Source: Lama glama
Lineage: Eukaryota
Assembly (NCBI GenBank): GCA_028534125.1
Contig: CM052818.1
Location: 38,380,001 to 38,444,000, forward strand
Length of the DNA: 64,000 bases
Reading direction: 5' to 3'
The position numbers and the translations under genes were made by a program. The notes beneath the pieces were generated by a model that ran no database searches, was not told where the DNA came from, and saw only the letters and a program-made list of their open reading frames with translations. Of the stretch, positions 14,401 to 27,611 are shown one piece after another. Every line of letters starts with the position of its first letter. Within the stretch, counting starts at the first letter, position 1.

Positions 14401-15446
14401 TCCTCATGCAGGGCGATGGAAATGAACGTTTAAAGGTGTGGGGTCATAAAACTGTGGGATATGGGGAACATCAGCCCTCGAGGCCCAGCGGCGACATACT
14501 GCACCATCATATGCACACGTTTATGGTTCCCCAACGGCTTTTGACTCGTTTACAGAAATGCCACGCCTGAAAACTGGCATCGTGCCCTTCCCCCTGGAAG
14601 TTTAAAAGTCACAGAGAGCAGTTCTTCCGACCGTAGAACCAGGTAAAGCAAAGGCACAGGCACTGCCCCTGGGCCTGGGTGAGCCCCGCAGCCAGCCCTG
14701 CTCATCCCGCCTGTGCCCGTGGCTCCACACATGTGAGCGTCTCACTGCGGTGGTTAAGAAAATACTTTCAGATATAGATGCACAAGCTGTACCTCAGTGT
14801 TTTCTTCTAGATTTATATGTTAAAACACTAATCTAGCTACATTGCTTTGTATGCTTTAATACAGACACATACATGCACGGGTCTACACACAGACATGCAC
14901 TTTTCTTCCCAAAACACGGGTGCATGCTACATTTATTTCCACAGATACATTAAAATAAAGCTTTAGATTCATCCTAACTTCTCCCATGCTCCCTGTATCA
15001 TTACATCCCTGGCATTTTGATAGGATTTTCTGAGAATGAAAAGCCTCTATCCACTTTAGCACTCCCAGGGCCATGGTTTTACCAGGAATATCAGTGATAC
15101 GCACGGTTCCAGCAGCAGCGGCCACAGGACCTGCTCTGGGCACAGAACCCAGAGACCTGAGTCAAAAGGACACCAGCTGAGTCTGAATTTGGACCAAACT
15201 GACCAAAGTAAAAAAAAAATTTCAGAGGCACAGGCTGAAGTTGAGAACTTCATTTCCAGGAGACATCCCTTCCTCTCTGGAGCAATTGGGCTGAAAACCC
15301 AGCTCCTGAATTCTCTCGAAGTGTGAGGGACCAGTGCTGGAGCCCTTGTAGAACACAGGATAACCAGAGGGAGAAGGTGGGCCCTGTGTGTCTCTGGGTG
15401 AAGGAATCAAGAAGGCCCAAAGGCAGGGATAAGAGGGCATGAAGAG

Positions 15447-15804
15447 TGTTACAGACTACCTGTTTGTGTCCCTCCAAAATCGTTACATTGAAAACCTCAT
15501 ATTCAATTTGATGGTATTCCAAGATGAGGCTTTGGCAGGTATGCAGGTCAAGACAGTAGAGACCACTTGACGGGACTGGTGTCATCAGAAGAGACACAAG
15601 ATAGCTAGCCCTGTCTCCTTCCACCACAGGAGGGCACATCAAGACAACTGAACTCTGCAAACCACGAAGAGGGTCCTCGCCAGGAACTCAATTGGCTGGC
15701 ACCTTGATCTTAGACGTCCAGCCTCCAGAACTGTGAGAAATAAATTTCTGCTGTTTAAGCCATCCAGTCTACAGTGTTTCGTTATGATAGCCCGAGCTAA
15801 GATG
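15447..15804 (+). mobile_element. MaLR solo LTR (MLT1A/MLT1B-like)
   Basis: Starts 'tgttacagact...tttgtgtccctccaaaat'; diagnostic 'gctggcaccttgatcttagac...cagcctccagaactgtgagaaataaatttctgctgtttaagcca'. Confidence 0.9.
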
Positions 15805-16377
15805 AAAAGGGAAGGCCCAAGTTGCTTGCCCAAAAATCCTGCTCAGGGGACTGTGAAGACCGATGGCTGCTAATTTCAAGCTGACTGGTGGAGAGAGAGG
15901 AAACCCCTCTGAAGCTGGTTCTTTGTCCTTTGTTTAACTCAGCCGAGGTTGACTGGGACTGCTAGGTATTCAGATTCATGCCCGGCTCTCTGGGGAAGAT
16001 ATCTGAATTCCAGAACCCTGCACTCCAGCAGGCCAGGCATCCTGACTACAGTACTAAAGAAGAACATGGAGAGATGTTGAAGCTCTTAAATGCATGATCT
16101 GGGTTGAAACTTGAGACCGTCTTCAGAATGCCAGTTCCAGCCTGCACGCACACTGCTCTGAACCGTGTGGACTTCTCACAGTAAAATCATTTCAGCAGAA
16201 TAGAAATGAGTGCAATTTCTCTCTGCTCTGGTGTTCTCTGTCCTTTCTCATCAGGAAGCCACAATCCACAGCTGACTGCAGACAAGAGTACAAGACCAGC
16301 AGCTGTGGTGAGTTCTGGACAGAGCCAGCCTTCTCCTTAAAGGTTGCAAATTTCCTAAATCATATAAGACTCTGCTG

Positions 16378-16419
16378 TAATAGTAGTAGTAGTCATGATG
16401 ATGATGATGATGATTATGG

Positions 16420-16453
<34 letters not shown>
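16378..16453. repeat. Compound microsatellite (TAG)n-(TGA)n
   Basis: Directly visible tagtagtagtag followed by an interrupted (tga)n run. Confidence 0.95.
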
Positions 16454-18974
16454 AAATCACTAGCCCTGGCCAAAGATTCTTGAGGACAGACACTGGATCT
16501 TTTTCTCCTCTGTATCCTTGACAGAGCCTGAACCTAAAATACTGTTCAACAGGTTATCTAAATGCATCAAGTGCTAAATGTCAGAATTCCTAATTTTCCC
16601 ATCTTCCAGGGTCACCAATGTCTTTTCTACTGAAGTAAAAATAACCCAGTTCCTCCTCTGTGACTGCAGAAAGATCTTGTCTCTTAGCAGGTCCTCTCTC
16701 CTAATAGTGCTCTGAAGCCCAGGAAAGGCGGGCAGCCAAGTACCCCAGGGGCCGCTCCTTACCGTTCGGTCCATGGATGCTCTGAGCCCCTTCCTGCTGA
16801 TGTTGGTCTCTGGGCCCCCCCACCGTGCCTCCTACTCTGCTCCCCTGACATGTGGGTACCCTCTTTCCTGGCATTCTCCACACCAAGGCTGACACTCAGC
16901 TGTAGAATTTCAGTGCTGAAAAGGAAAGCCTCCAAGTCCATTTCAGAACCCACAGCTTCGAGTGCCCATCAAGGCTGCGATTTCATGGCGGAGGGCAGAT
17001 CGTTCTTTAGGGAACCCAGAGCCTCACCCGCACGTCACACATACACCCACACACTCTGCTGGGTACTGGGAACATTCCCAGACGGCAGGTCACTGGAGTT
17101 CTCTCCTCACTCTTCAAATCCGGAGTGCCACATCCTGCTTTCCTCGGCAGCTTACACCGAGCCCTTGCCCTGACCACAGCGACGGCACAGCCTGTCCATC
17201 CGTAGGCAGAGCAGCGGTAGGGCCTCCTTTGTCACCCTCTCCTGCCCAGGTTAGGCTCAGGCCTTGCTTTCTGCATAAGCAAAGAGCTCACTAGAAAAGG
17301 TTCCCAGGCCAAAGAACACTGTTCCTTCAAAGACATTCTGCAGCCACTCCTAGATGACAGATTAGTTGACTCTGTGTGACTTTCTGGCAGCACAACTGTC
17401 TGGGATCTGCCCTGCAAAGAGGGAAGGAAAAACGCTGAAGGGCCTGCAGCACAGGTGGCGGGGCCACCCACCAAGCATCGCAGGCCCTGGCCTCAGCGAG
17501 GGAGTGGCCTTTGCCACCCATCACCCTTCAGCGTCCCTTGCCTTCTCTCTGCCCCACTGTGTGGAGAGGCCCGAGGAGGAGGGCTGTCAGAGCAGACAGG
17601 GACAGGCGGCAGGAAGGCAGCAGCAAACTCTTTCTACCACTGACATCTTAATAATCACCAAGTTTTCGAAGAAACTTCCAACCACAGGGAAACTTCCAGA
17701 CAAAATTGACTTCCAGTGAAATGCATTTACCTCTCAGCTTTTCTCCACATGTACTTGATGACGGCGTCGCGAGTCTCCTGCTTCGGGTTGAAACCTTGTC
17801 AGTTTGTAAGAGCAAAGCAGGATGGAAGTGAGTTAGCGCTGAGGAAAAAACGTCAGTCGGGACGCTGAAGCCCCAGAACCCGCTAGGAAGGTGCGGGGCC
17901 CCCAGTCTGCGCCGGCACTGCCCACGATGGCCCCACTGACCTCTCAGAATGGCCGAAGCAAGGCTTCTCTGCAGCCAGAGGCGGTAGGCTGCACACAGGG
18001 CAGTGAGCAGGCAGATGGCAGCCCTGACCCCATGAACTAGGCCCACTCCACTCTGTGGCCCCCACAGGAAGGAGTATCCTTGGTAGGGGCCCCATCATCT
18101 ACCTCCTTCAGGGAAAGGTCAGAAGACATTTACACCCTCAAGTCTCCCCCATGGGGGACCGGCTTTCTCAGGCTGAGTGCCCACTGGCAGCCGCAAGAAG
18201 ATGAGAGAGAACCCCTCTTTCCCACCCTGAAACTCAACTTCACTGAAGCCTTCCTCTCCCCAGTGTCCGAACTCTTGTCTTCCACACAAAATACTGACCA
18301 TTTTTCAAAGCTCCGCTCACACCTTTCCTCAGCCAAAATATTATCCTTGATTCTTCCAGCCAACAAAAACTTCTCCCTTCCCTGAACTGAATCCTGTCAC
18401 TCAGATTCAGCCTCAGATTCTGGGCGTGGGGGGGCCTTTGGCTTCACCTCAACAGCATTACTGAGCACGGGGTTGCTATACACACAAGGTAGGATGTGTG
18501 ATCCAGACCCACAAAGGGCAGAAAGACGCAGAATGTCATTCCCTTTGTTTGTCTTAGAGAGACTTCCCCACATAGGGAAAAATGCCCGCCTGCCAAGGCA
18601 AAAACCCAAAGCCTTGCCCCCACCCTGCTGATGGAGGCTGGTGGCCTGTCAGCACTGGTTGACAACCTTGCTTCCTGACCTGCTCTTGTTCTTAAAGTTC
18701 ACAGCTTTCCCGGCAGCCACAGGGGACAGGACCATGGTATTTGTCAAGGAAATCACATCTATACCAAGAGGCTGAAAGAAGACTGAGCAAAATGTGCCAC
18801 CATGTGGTACTGGAGGCTCCAGAATGACAACTGTCAACACTGAAGTGGCCCTACCCTGTCACAGGAACTCAGAGGAGGGCCTGGGAGTCACTGTGGGGCA
18901 AGAGGTCGGGCAGGGGGTGGAGGTGCTGAGGAGACGGAGATCTGAGCGGGGCCTGTACCTTTAGGAGTAATGGA

Positions 18975-19110
18975 GAATATGGAGCCACACAGGAAAAGGC
19001 ACTAGTCCTGGGAATCACGAAACCTGCGTTCTACACACAGCTGGGATATGATACACTGAGGATCTCCAGCAAGTCAGTAAACGTATCAGAGCCTCTGTTT
19101 TCTCAATTTT
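18975..19110 (+). mobile_element. MIR SINE fragment
   Basis: 'aaacctgcgttcta' ... 'gcaagtcagtaaacgtatcagagcctctgttttctca'. Confidence 0.55.
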
Positions 19111-19199
19111 ATTGTTAAATGAGGTAACAGCTGGACACTCATGAGCCTTAACATATGATGAGAAAAGAGACTGCCCAGACGGGGGGTTAGGAGTAGGGG

Positions 19200-19560
19200 T
19201 GCTATGATCAACCTGGAGACCATGAGCCAGACCTAGAAAACATCACGGAGGAGGAAACGTCAGGTATGATCTTGTCTTAGAAGGTGAAAGAGGAAGGAGG
19301 GGATCAGGCAGACAACTGCAAAGGTGGGAGCAGAGGAAGTCATCTTCTGGGCTGGCTGCATGGGGCTGGATCTGGGGAGAGACATGGAGGTTGGAATATG
19401 CACTTGGGGTTTTTCACATGAAAAGATAGTCCCACCTGGGGGAAGAGAGTAGTAACTGAGGTGGGGTATGAGTGTAGAAAAGCAAGGAGGACCTGGGAGA
19501 TCACTGCACAGTATTGATGCTGGATGGAGCAACTGTGCACGTCTTCTCAACTCTGTTCAG
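19200..19560 (-). mobile_element. L2 LINE fragment
   Basis: Purine-rich reverse L2-like text, e.g. 'ggggctggatctggggagagacatggagg', 'gagtagtaactgaggtgggg'. Confidence 0.4.
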
Positions 19561-21038
19561 TGAACTTCGTGTTGAAAAGGAGTTTAAAATCGGGGCAGGG
19601 AAGGGGGGCAGTATACACACCACAAAAAACTGCAAACTAATTGGGGCTTGTTTTCCAAGAGCTGGGTGTTAAACATTTACCACTGACCAGGGGCATCCAA
19701 TTTTAAGAAAGGAGAAAAACAAGGCCAGTAAAAGCAAGCATAAAACAGCTTCAAAGATGTCTGAGCAGAACCAGAAGGGAACAGTACCCTGAATCCAAGG
19801 AAGGAGACAGGGCCCAGAGGAAAGGATCTTCGTAAGTATTGAGCCAGGCCAGCTGAGCCACCCACACTCTGGCTCTGTGCTCTGTGAGCTGGCTGGCTCC
19901 GTGTCGGAGAGGGAAGTGGCCTTGGCATGGGCTTCTGAGCCTGCAAAACCCGGTCAGGCATCACCCATGGCCCTGGCCTCCCCATGCTAGTGACAGCTCA
20001 GACTTTTTCCTGACATTTCCTCTATACCCTTGGCTCTTTAGGAAAATGAAGGCATAATCAGCAAGTTGTTTTCACATCCGAATCCTCCTCTAACAGACAA
20101 CGTTTAACCACAGATGACGGAAAAACTTTATCCTTCCCGAAATGCAGACATGAGAGCAACGTGAAGGAATTAATGGGCTCATTTCTTAGCCAGATCGCAC
20201 TCAGACCTCTGCCTCATGCACTCACCATCCCAGACTCGTGACTCCCTTGGTTCTGGGTGCTTCTCGACTATTCCCAGACTGCGGGGCTCATTCTCTGCAG
20301 AATGCTGGCAGACAGCAGTTACATTATGTATCTGCTCAGCGCTCAGGTAAGAAACCATTATGTTCACGGATCATTATTGACATCCTGACATTTGTCACCT
20401 TCTTTCATAGCAGTTAAATCTTGCTTTATCTGTAAATGTCACCATGTCATTTATTCATGAAAGGGGTCACATTCCCGAAATAGCATGCTTCAGTTTAAAA
20501 GGGGAGCTTGCCTTTCTTCACAGTAGGTAATCCTCAAACAAACTTTACTGCTGATAAGTGCTTTTTTATTGGAGTTTCTTGGCCTTAAATGACATCCTCA
20601 AATGTAGAATGCCGTCTCTGTTTGTGGAAATAAAATCTGAATGTTGAACAAGACAGAAGATTGTTGAGATTAGGGAAAAAATGAAGGTTTTCTGTTGCTA
20701 CCATATGTGAGTTGGATATAAACAGATTTGAATCTACTGAGAGTAAGTCATGATTTTAATAAGATTGTTAGGCTTTTGGAAACACGCCTGTGGCCTTTTT
20801 GAATCATTTATGCCTCAGAGACCTCAATGAGATCAGGGGCTTTTTAACCTTCCTAGGGGGACCCCTTAGCTGGGGACACAGGAGGGGGTAGCTCAGCAAC
20901 ACGTGATGCGCTCATTCCTCCTTCCCTCAGATTCCAAGGACACTGGTTGGAGAAGTGATTAACTCATCTCCGGAACTTGCGTCGGCAGGAAGAAATGTCT
21001 CTTTCCTTTACAAAGCTTGTTCAAAGTTCGCTTTAAAT

Positions 21039-21176
21039 TAGGGTAACTGTATAATTTATTGTCCAAACCCAGACACTTTTTTGAGAGGGAGAAGAGGCAC
21101 TAAAAATAATTAACAGGTATTAATTGATCTACAACAACCCATGAACCCATATAAAACAGGGCATATGGCCAGCCAA
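21039..21176 (+). mobile_element. hAT-Blackjack MITE, MER94-like
   Basis: 'tagggtaactgtataatttattgtccaaacccagacacttt' ... 'gggcatatggccagcca'; about 135 bp with decayed terminal inverted repeats. Confidence 0.75.
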
Positions 21177-21302
21177 ACTTTAAGGTTTTTTCAACTGCCT
21201 CATTGAAGAGGTTTACATCCAACAGCTGCTAATTAACTATTACCCAGGAAAAGCTTTTCTCTCCATGCGGAGGGTCCTGCCTCCGATTCATTTCTTCGAA
21301 CC

Positions 21303-21488
21303 CAGTGGTTCTAAAAGTGTGGCCCACAAATGGAAATGGCCTGAAGAGGTTGTTCAAAATTCAGGTGCCTGGTCTCTACTTTAGATCTACTAAATCAGTC
21401 TCTGAGGATGCAGATCATGCACTTGCATTTTAACACCACCACCCAAGTACTGGAGGTGTAACACACACTGAAATTTGAGAGCCAGCTG
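21303..21488 (+). mobile_element. hAT-Charlie MER5-type DNA transposon
   Basis: 'cagtggttctaaaagtgtgg' ... 'agatctactaaatcag' ... 'aaatttgagagccagctg'. Confidence 0.8.
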
Positions 21489-22954
21489 CTCTTATCCAAA
21501 CCTTTTGTTCTGCCTAGCTACCTCTGTGTTCTGGTCGCACAGTGGTAATAGGAAGTGGGTGGGTAAATTCTGCTCCTTTTGCCTAGAAAAGTAACTTGCA
21601 GATGGGGTGTGAGCTGAAAATAGATTCTCCATTGTGCGCAAATATGGAGGCTGCGGCACTCCCCGCAAAATGCCATTAAACATCAGTCTACGCCCCTGCT
21701 CAGTCGTGTGTGCAGCCATCTCACACCCACTAGGTGCAAGCAACACGTACAAATACAGTCTTGGAGTATCTGGGAGATAAGAAAATGGAGATTTTGATGA
21801 CATCAAGGTCATCAAAAAAGGTGATTGAATGCAATTAAAACTGCTCACCATTAGAAGAGGAAGGGGCCGGGGAAGATTTCCCCAGGCACTAATGAGATCC
21901 TTTTGAGTGTGACACAGACTGCAGCAACAAGTGCCACAGACCACAGCGGATCCTGGGTTCCTGTTTATAAGCCCAAGCCAGGGTCATGGTCATGCGGCCG
22001 TCACTGCCTCAGATAACGTCCTCATTAGTTCACCACAGTGATTACTGCCGTGGGGACAGTAGAATGCCTTCACCCTGCTGATGCCCCTGACAGGCAGCCA
22101 GGTGAGTGGCTGGCAAATCAAGGCAGCAAGGCAGACAGAGAATAAGAGCACGGACTATTTCTGTGGTACTTCCATTCGCATTTCTCATAGTTCCTCCCTC
22201 AGTTCAGTCGCAGGTGGGGCAGAGCCCAAAGCCCACACATGACCCACAGCCGCTGGTCAGCCTCTACCTCTGTTCCCCTCTGCCTCCGGGAGGAGCCCTT
22301 GGTAACAGGCCCTACAGAGAACACGTGTGAGGGCAGCATCTGCCCTCATGCAGGTGTTAAGGCCTCGGACCCTCAGACAGCTGAGACCCTCCCAGCACAA
22401 CTGGTCATGGGGGTTGGCTATTCTGCTGCGCTCCAGCCTAGGCAGCAGCCATTGTTGACCAATGGCGAGAGTCCAAGGAAGAAACTGCCACAGTCCCAGG
22501 AGATGTTGATTAAGTGCCTACTGTGAGTCCACCTTAAAATTAGTGAAATCTCAGGACATTTCCATTTATAATTCTGCACCCCATCAACTGAGGTCCTTTG
22601 TCTGACCTTCAAACGTCTCTGCCCTCAAGCTTCCATTCTCATTTAACTGAACAAATTCACCCACAAGTGCTCCCCATCTACCCAGAGACTAGCATTTCAC
22701 TGAATCTGACGGTAAGGAGAGAAAGTTCTAGTTAAAGTCCAAGACCAGTTTCAAAGAATAATAGGCCAGATATTCTCAACACCCCAGAAATCTCCCTGGG
22801 CACTGAGCTGGGTACTGAGCAGGAGGGGAGCCGGGACACAGTTCCCAATCTCACAGAGGATTCAGATAAGCTGAGAAGACAGAAGAGAGGCCCGTGGGGC
22901 CAAGAGGAGAATGAATCTATGCCACTCAGGCCGTCTGACACAGGTATCAGCTCC

Positions 22955-23130
22955 AGGCCTTTCAAGGACGATGTGGGTTATTTGGAGAAATTTCCTTACC
23001 TTCCTGAGCCTCAGTTTCCTAAGAGATGGAGACAATAATGATCTGTCAGATTCACTGTAAAATTACGTGTAAAGATGTATGTCAAGCTCTTCACACAAGG
23101 ACACCCAGTAGGGATACACATTAATACCCT
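22955..23130 (+). mobile_element. MIR SINE
   Basis: 'ccttaccttcctgagcctcagtttcct' core and MIR-like tail. Confidence 0.65.
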
Positions 23131-26129
23131 TCCTTCTTGAATAAAAGTTAAATGTAAATGTGGTCATCTGCTCCCAGTTGGGAGTAGGATTTTACTAACT
23201 GCAAACTGTCTCGTCCGCTGACTTGTTCTGTGCCCGTGAGAAAGTAGATTAACCTGCAAATGCCTCAGGTTCCTCATCTGTGGACAGTAATTGCTGCCCC
23301 TCCAGCCACCCAGCTCCAGTTATCATAGGAAAAAAAAAAGCACATGGCACGTTTCAGAATGTCTGGGAGCTGGCTGGGAGACAGTTTGCAGAGAGGTTCA
23401 GGGTGGGGTTCTATTATGACCACTGGGATTGAAAAGACAGCTCTATTTTCTACTGTCTTTCTGTTAAATTGAACTTCAGCCCTGGAAATTAATATCCCCA
23501 CTGCGTTTTAGTGAGGTGGCTCTATTTTGACAAGCGCCGCAGAATCAAGCCCTGATCTGTTATGCTGTGACCTTTTGCTGGGCTCTGCATCAGGGAATCA
23601 TAATTCAGGGCCAGACTCAGCTTTGGAAACCTCCATAGGCTTTTTATGACATGAGTGCTATTGAATATTCTATAAAATCTCCTTGGAAAACTGGCCCACA
23701 TTTCTTTATAATCTCCCCAGACTGTTTCTGAAGTCCCTGTATAGATTTTTTACTCTAAAAATCCATAGTGTTTCTTAATAAGGATCTGGGCCTCTCGTAA
23801 GGGATTGTGGAGAGGATAAGGCTGGATTGGGTCCCCAGGGGAGGCCGAGGTGGGGCAACAGAAGCTATTCTGTTACTGCAAAGCCCCTGGATGAGGATTC
23901 TGAGCTGAGGAGCCTGTCAGCAGGATATGGTCATTTCCAGCAGATGGAGATGAAGGAAGGAATTGAGAAGTTGAGCCGTATCTACCCCCTCACTCCATCA
24001 GATTCCAAGTTCTAACTTTGAGAAGGAGAGGTCAGTATATAGGACTCAAAGCCCGTATGCCACCTTCTCAGATTCCCTCAACCGTCTCCTTCTCTCGGCT
24101 GAGCCCCACCTACGCCAAGCTGTCCCCTCACTTCTGCACCTGTACGAAATACAGCACCACAGGGCATGGGCTCTGGCTTTCTGAACACCTGCTAGAAGCT
24201 AGATGACACGACCGAAAAGTGGTCACTTCCTCTGGATGCAACCTTGACCAAAGAGAAATAAAAATGGCAGGAATTTGGACAGATAAATACCATCTTTTCT
24301 CCTCAATGTGAACTGCTTTAAAGTGTGTTTTTTCCCGAGAAGTCCAGTGAGCCACGGGAACATGCCTGGTGAGGATCTAATGTGTCTCCGTGATGCTTAC
24401 CACAAGCCTCCGGCCAGCACAGCAACACACAGCACGGCTTTATGTTTCATCTTGCCTTGCCTCACTTCCCCCTTCTGCCTGTACTCCCATCACCTTCGGC
24501 TTGCACCTCCCAAACAAAGCGTTAGCACTTTAATTCTTGCCGTGGGCACTGTTTTCACAAGCACCTGGCCAAAGAACGTGTGACTTCAAACTTCAAATTT
24601 TTACAATTTTAAGACTCTTTCATAGACTATAGTTCATCTGACATTTATAACAAGTCTCCAAAGCAGAGAAGGTAGACGGCATTTCCATTAACAAACATTT
24701 AACATACAGGGATGCCAAGCTCCTAACAAGTCTGGGCCCTTTCCCGCAGCACCATTATAACTAAACCAACAGCTGTCCCAGGCAGCTATTCAGTGCCACA
24801 TGTCCTCAAGACCAGTCACACAGTACAGAGAGATCATCCTTTACCAAATGGCATACGCACCCCACCACCAAAGAGACAGGAAGACACTGAGCCAGACAAA
24901 GAAACAAAGCAAAAAGACTTTTTAAAAAGAAACCTGAGGAGTTCAAATAAAACTGTGGGAGTTATGACCATTTTAAGTGACGAATAAATTCAGAAGAAAG
25001 AAACATGATAAAAAAGAGCACCCTTTGCGTTAAGTTTTATCCACCAAAGTGGGGGAAAACATAAGGAAGTTCTCTGAGTAACGCCATGGCATCCAAGGAC
25101 TCTAGGGTTTTCCGAAGGCCAGAGGCGGTATCTGGCTCTGGAGCCAATTACTTGCCAAATGCTAAGTCCTCAAATATCACCTATGCCTCCTTACCTCTTC
25201 AATTTAGAAATGCCCCAGAAAGCCAAGGGCTGGGGCTGAGAAGGGCCCCAGGTTCTCCTCTTACTGGGAAGAAGGCCTTGGGCTCGTCAAAGGCTCTTGA
25301 TACCTTAGAAATACTCAGAAAGTACACACTTTTTTTTTTTTTTTACAGTCTGTTGGAAATCTCAGTCTGGCTCACTGTGTGACTGGTTCCAACTTCAGCA
25401 CAACCTCTCCTCCTTAATCTTCCTTCTTCAAAAGGCTGTGCTCCTCCCTGACCTACTGCCCGGGGGCTCAGCCCTGCATGCTTCCTGAGCCGTCTGCTGC
25501 TAAGCCCTCAGCCAAGCTTGTCACATCAGGATCTCCACGGCAGGCCCCTTGGAGACGCCGGTGGCCACAACCCAGAACACCCTGAACTCCCCTTGTTCGT
25601 CCCTTTGACAGATACAGTGATTAGAAGAAAAGTGAAATAAACAAAGGTAAGCAGAAGGAGCAAAAGAAAGGACAGATGAAACTTCTACAACTTTTACTGA
25701 CAAGCACATGTTGCCTCCACCAAGTGGCAGGCACGCTTAGATGCATTGTCTTTTGCTGACTCAGTGTGTTTCTAAAAAAATCCACTCCACTTGGAACACA
25801 GATGGAAACCCAGAGACATTAAAAGGGCCTCTGGATCTAAAAACAGCCATCACAGCCATCAAAAGTCCATGCACTCACTGGACTCTGAAAAGGAGGTAGT
25901 ACCACCTTCATGGAATTCCCTGTAGACTAAAAATTGTTTAAAAATAAAGACGCCTAAGGCAGTTTTCCTGATCCCAGGGTTAAAGAGGGCAGTGACAAAA
26001 AGTATCACTAAAAGGAACAGCATTTAGAAATGAGAGCCAACAAGGACAGTTTAGGATAGAAGCTGACTGGTACAGATTCTTATCCAAATGTTGCTGTATT
26101 ACACCCCTCGTTGAAAACTGGTACTCCTA

Positions 26130-26260
26130 AAGATCAAGAGAATGTAGAGTTACGGAGGGACCAGGCGACTTCACAGCTTCATTCTATAGATAGGAAAACT
26201 GAGACTCAAGGAGGCTGAAAAACTAGGGACAGAGCCAAAGCGTTCTCATTCAAAGCCCAC
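26130..26260 (-). mobile_element. MIR SINE fragment
   Basis: 'cattctatagataggaaaactgagactca'. Confidence 0.55.
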
Positions 26261-26919
26261 CATGTCCCCTTCTCCGAGATGAGCCACCCAAGCTGAAATG
26301 GTGACTGCCGCTTTAAAGAGAACAGGCAAGGGGCAATCTATCTCTTACAAAGAGTTTCAGAAAGCACGCGTATCTAACCAAGGAGACTTCTGAGATCGGC
26401 GAACACTTTTGTAGGGCAGCTCCTTCCCGAAGGACACAAGAAAAGCAGGGGTCCTGCTGCCTGTGGGAAAGGAGGGCAGAAATCCAGCTGTGCACAAGGC
26501 AGGTAGCAGCCCCAGCGCTGCGAGTTAATGCAGCCAGCAGCAGCAGATCTGTCTGCCTAAGATCTGGCCTCCAATCTCTGGAGATCTAAGGAACTAAAAA
26601 TCGCGTATGGCCAGAGGCAGGGAAATCACCCAGCAAGCCTTGGGCACGCTACCGGATTTGGGCAGCTTCTCTGCTGAATTTTAATGAAGTAATTAAAAGC
26701 TAGATAATAGAGATGGGCCTCTGCAGAGCAACACTCACGGACCTAACCTCTTTGATATGTTCCCGCATCAGGAAGCAACTCCATCACTAGACGGCTTCAT
26801 TAACATTCTGGCTAGCTCTCTGGCTCTTAAAGTGATCTATGCCAAAGTTTGTTAGTCTTTTAAATTACCTGCTGAAGTCCCCTGGAAAAAAAAAAAAAAG
26901 AATACATTCTGGGAAAAGA

Positions 26920-26929
26920 ATGACGTCAT
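26920..26929. promoter_or_regulatory. Full palindromic CRE (ATF/CREB) site
   Basis: ATGACGTCAT, CpG intact, next to a repeat-free block; function not shown. Confidence 0.35.
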
Positions 26930-27611
26930 AGAGGGTGCTAGAAGAGGCAGACCCATTGAGTTTACTTATATTTTCTTTTCAAAAACTAGTCTGGGTTGTA
27001 AAGAACAATTATGGGACACTGATGGGGCACATGGACTATGGCCTGGCAGCCCAGAAGAGCAACAAGCCTGTCTTCTCCAGGGACGCCTCTCTAGTACTGA
27101 CCACGTGGCAGATTCCTTGACCACTAAACAACATAGCTGTTAACTCCTTGATCCAGAATAAAGATAAAGAAGCCAAATGCTTGGGCCCTATATGGCCCAC
27201 AGAGCTTCTTTCAGAGAAAACTAATCTACCCCAGAGGTATACCTTTGTCACCCAGGGTGAAGGAACAGACAGAAGCTGGAACTCCTTTGGCTCACCTGGT
27301 GTGTTCTCCCTTCTCTCCTTTGCCTTCCTGTTCCTCAAGGCCCATTTGAAACCTCACCTCCCTGAGAGTCCCCTCCTGTATAATCCTAGAAGCTTAAGAG
27401 TTGGGAAGGACTATTCTCACATCTACATGGAATCAGGTTGGTGGGGCCAGCTGAGAGCCAGCCTTTGCTGAGTTAAAATATTCACAGAGGTGCCTGGTTT
27501 TTTTTTGTTTTGTTTTGTTTTGCTTTGGGGGAGAGATCAGGAGAGAGCTCAGAGAAAGGAGGGCGGAGGGCATTAAATTACATAGTCAAGAGTTGTTTCT
27601 GGAAGGGAAAA

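Noticed and set aside
16251..16493. ORF with a long poly-His tract
   Set aside because: Translation of the (TGA)n/(TAG)n microsatellite; no gene context.
20881..20900. tRNA/SINE-like head 'ggagggggtagctcag'
   Set aside because: No B box, tail or TSD follows.
21492..21944. 150-aa minus-strand ORF
   Set aside because: Non-ATG start and no recognisable domain; overlaps an enhancer-like block.
25716..25731. CTCF-like 'ccaccaagtggcag'
   Set aside because: Mismatch at a near-invariant core G, and it sits in a MIR-like decayed region.
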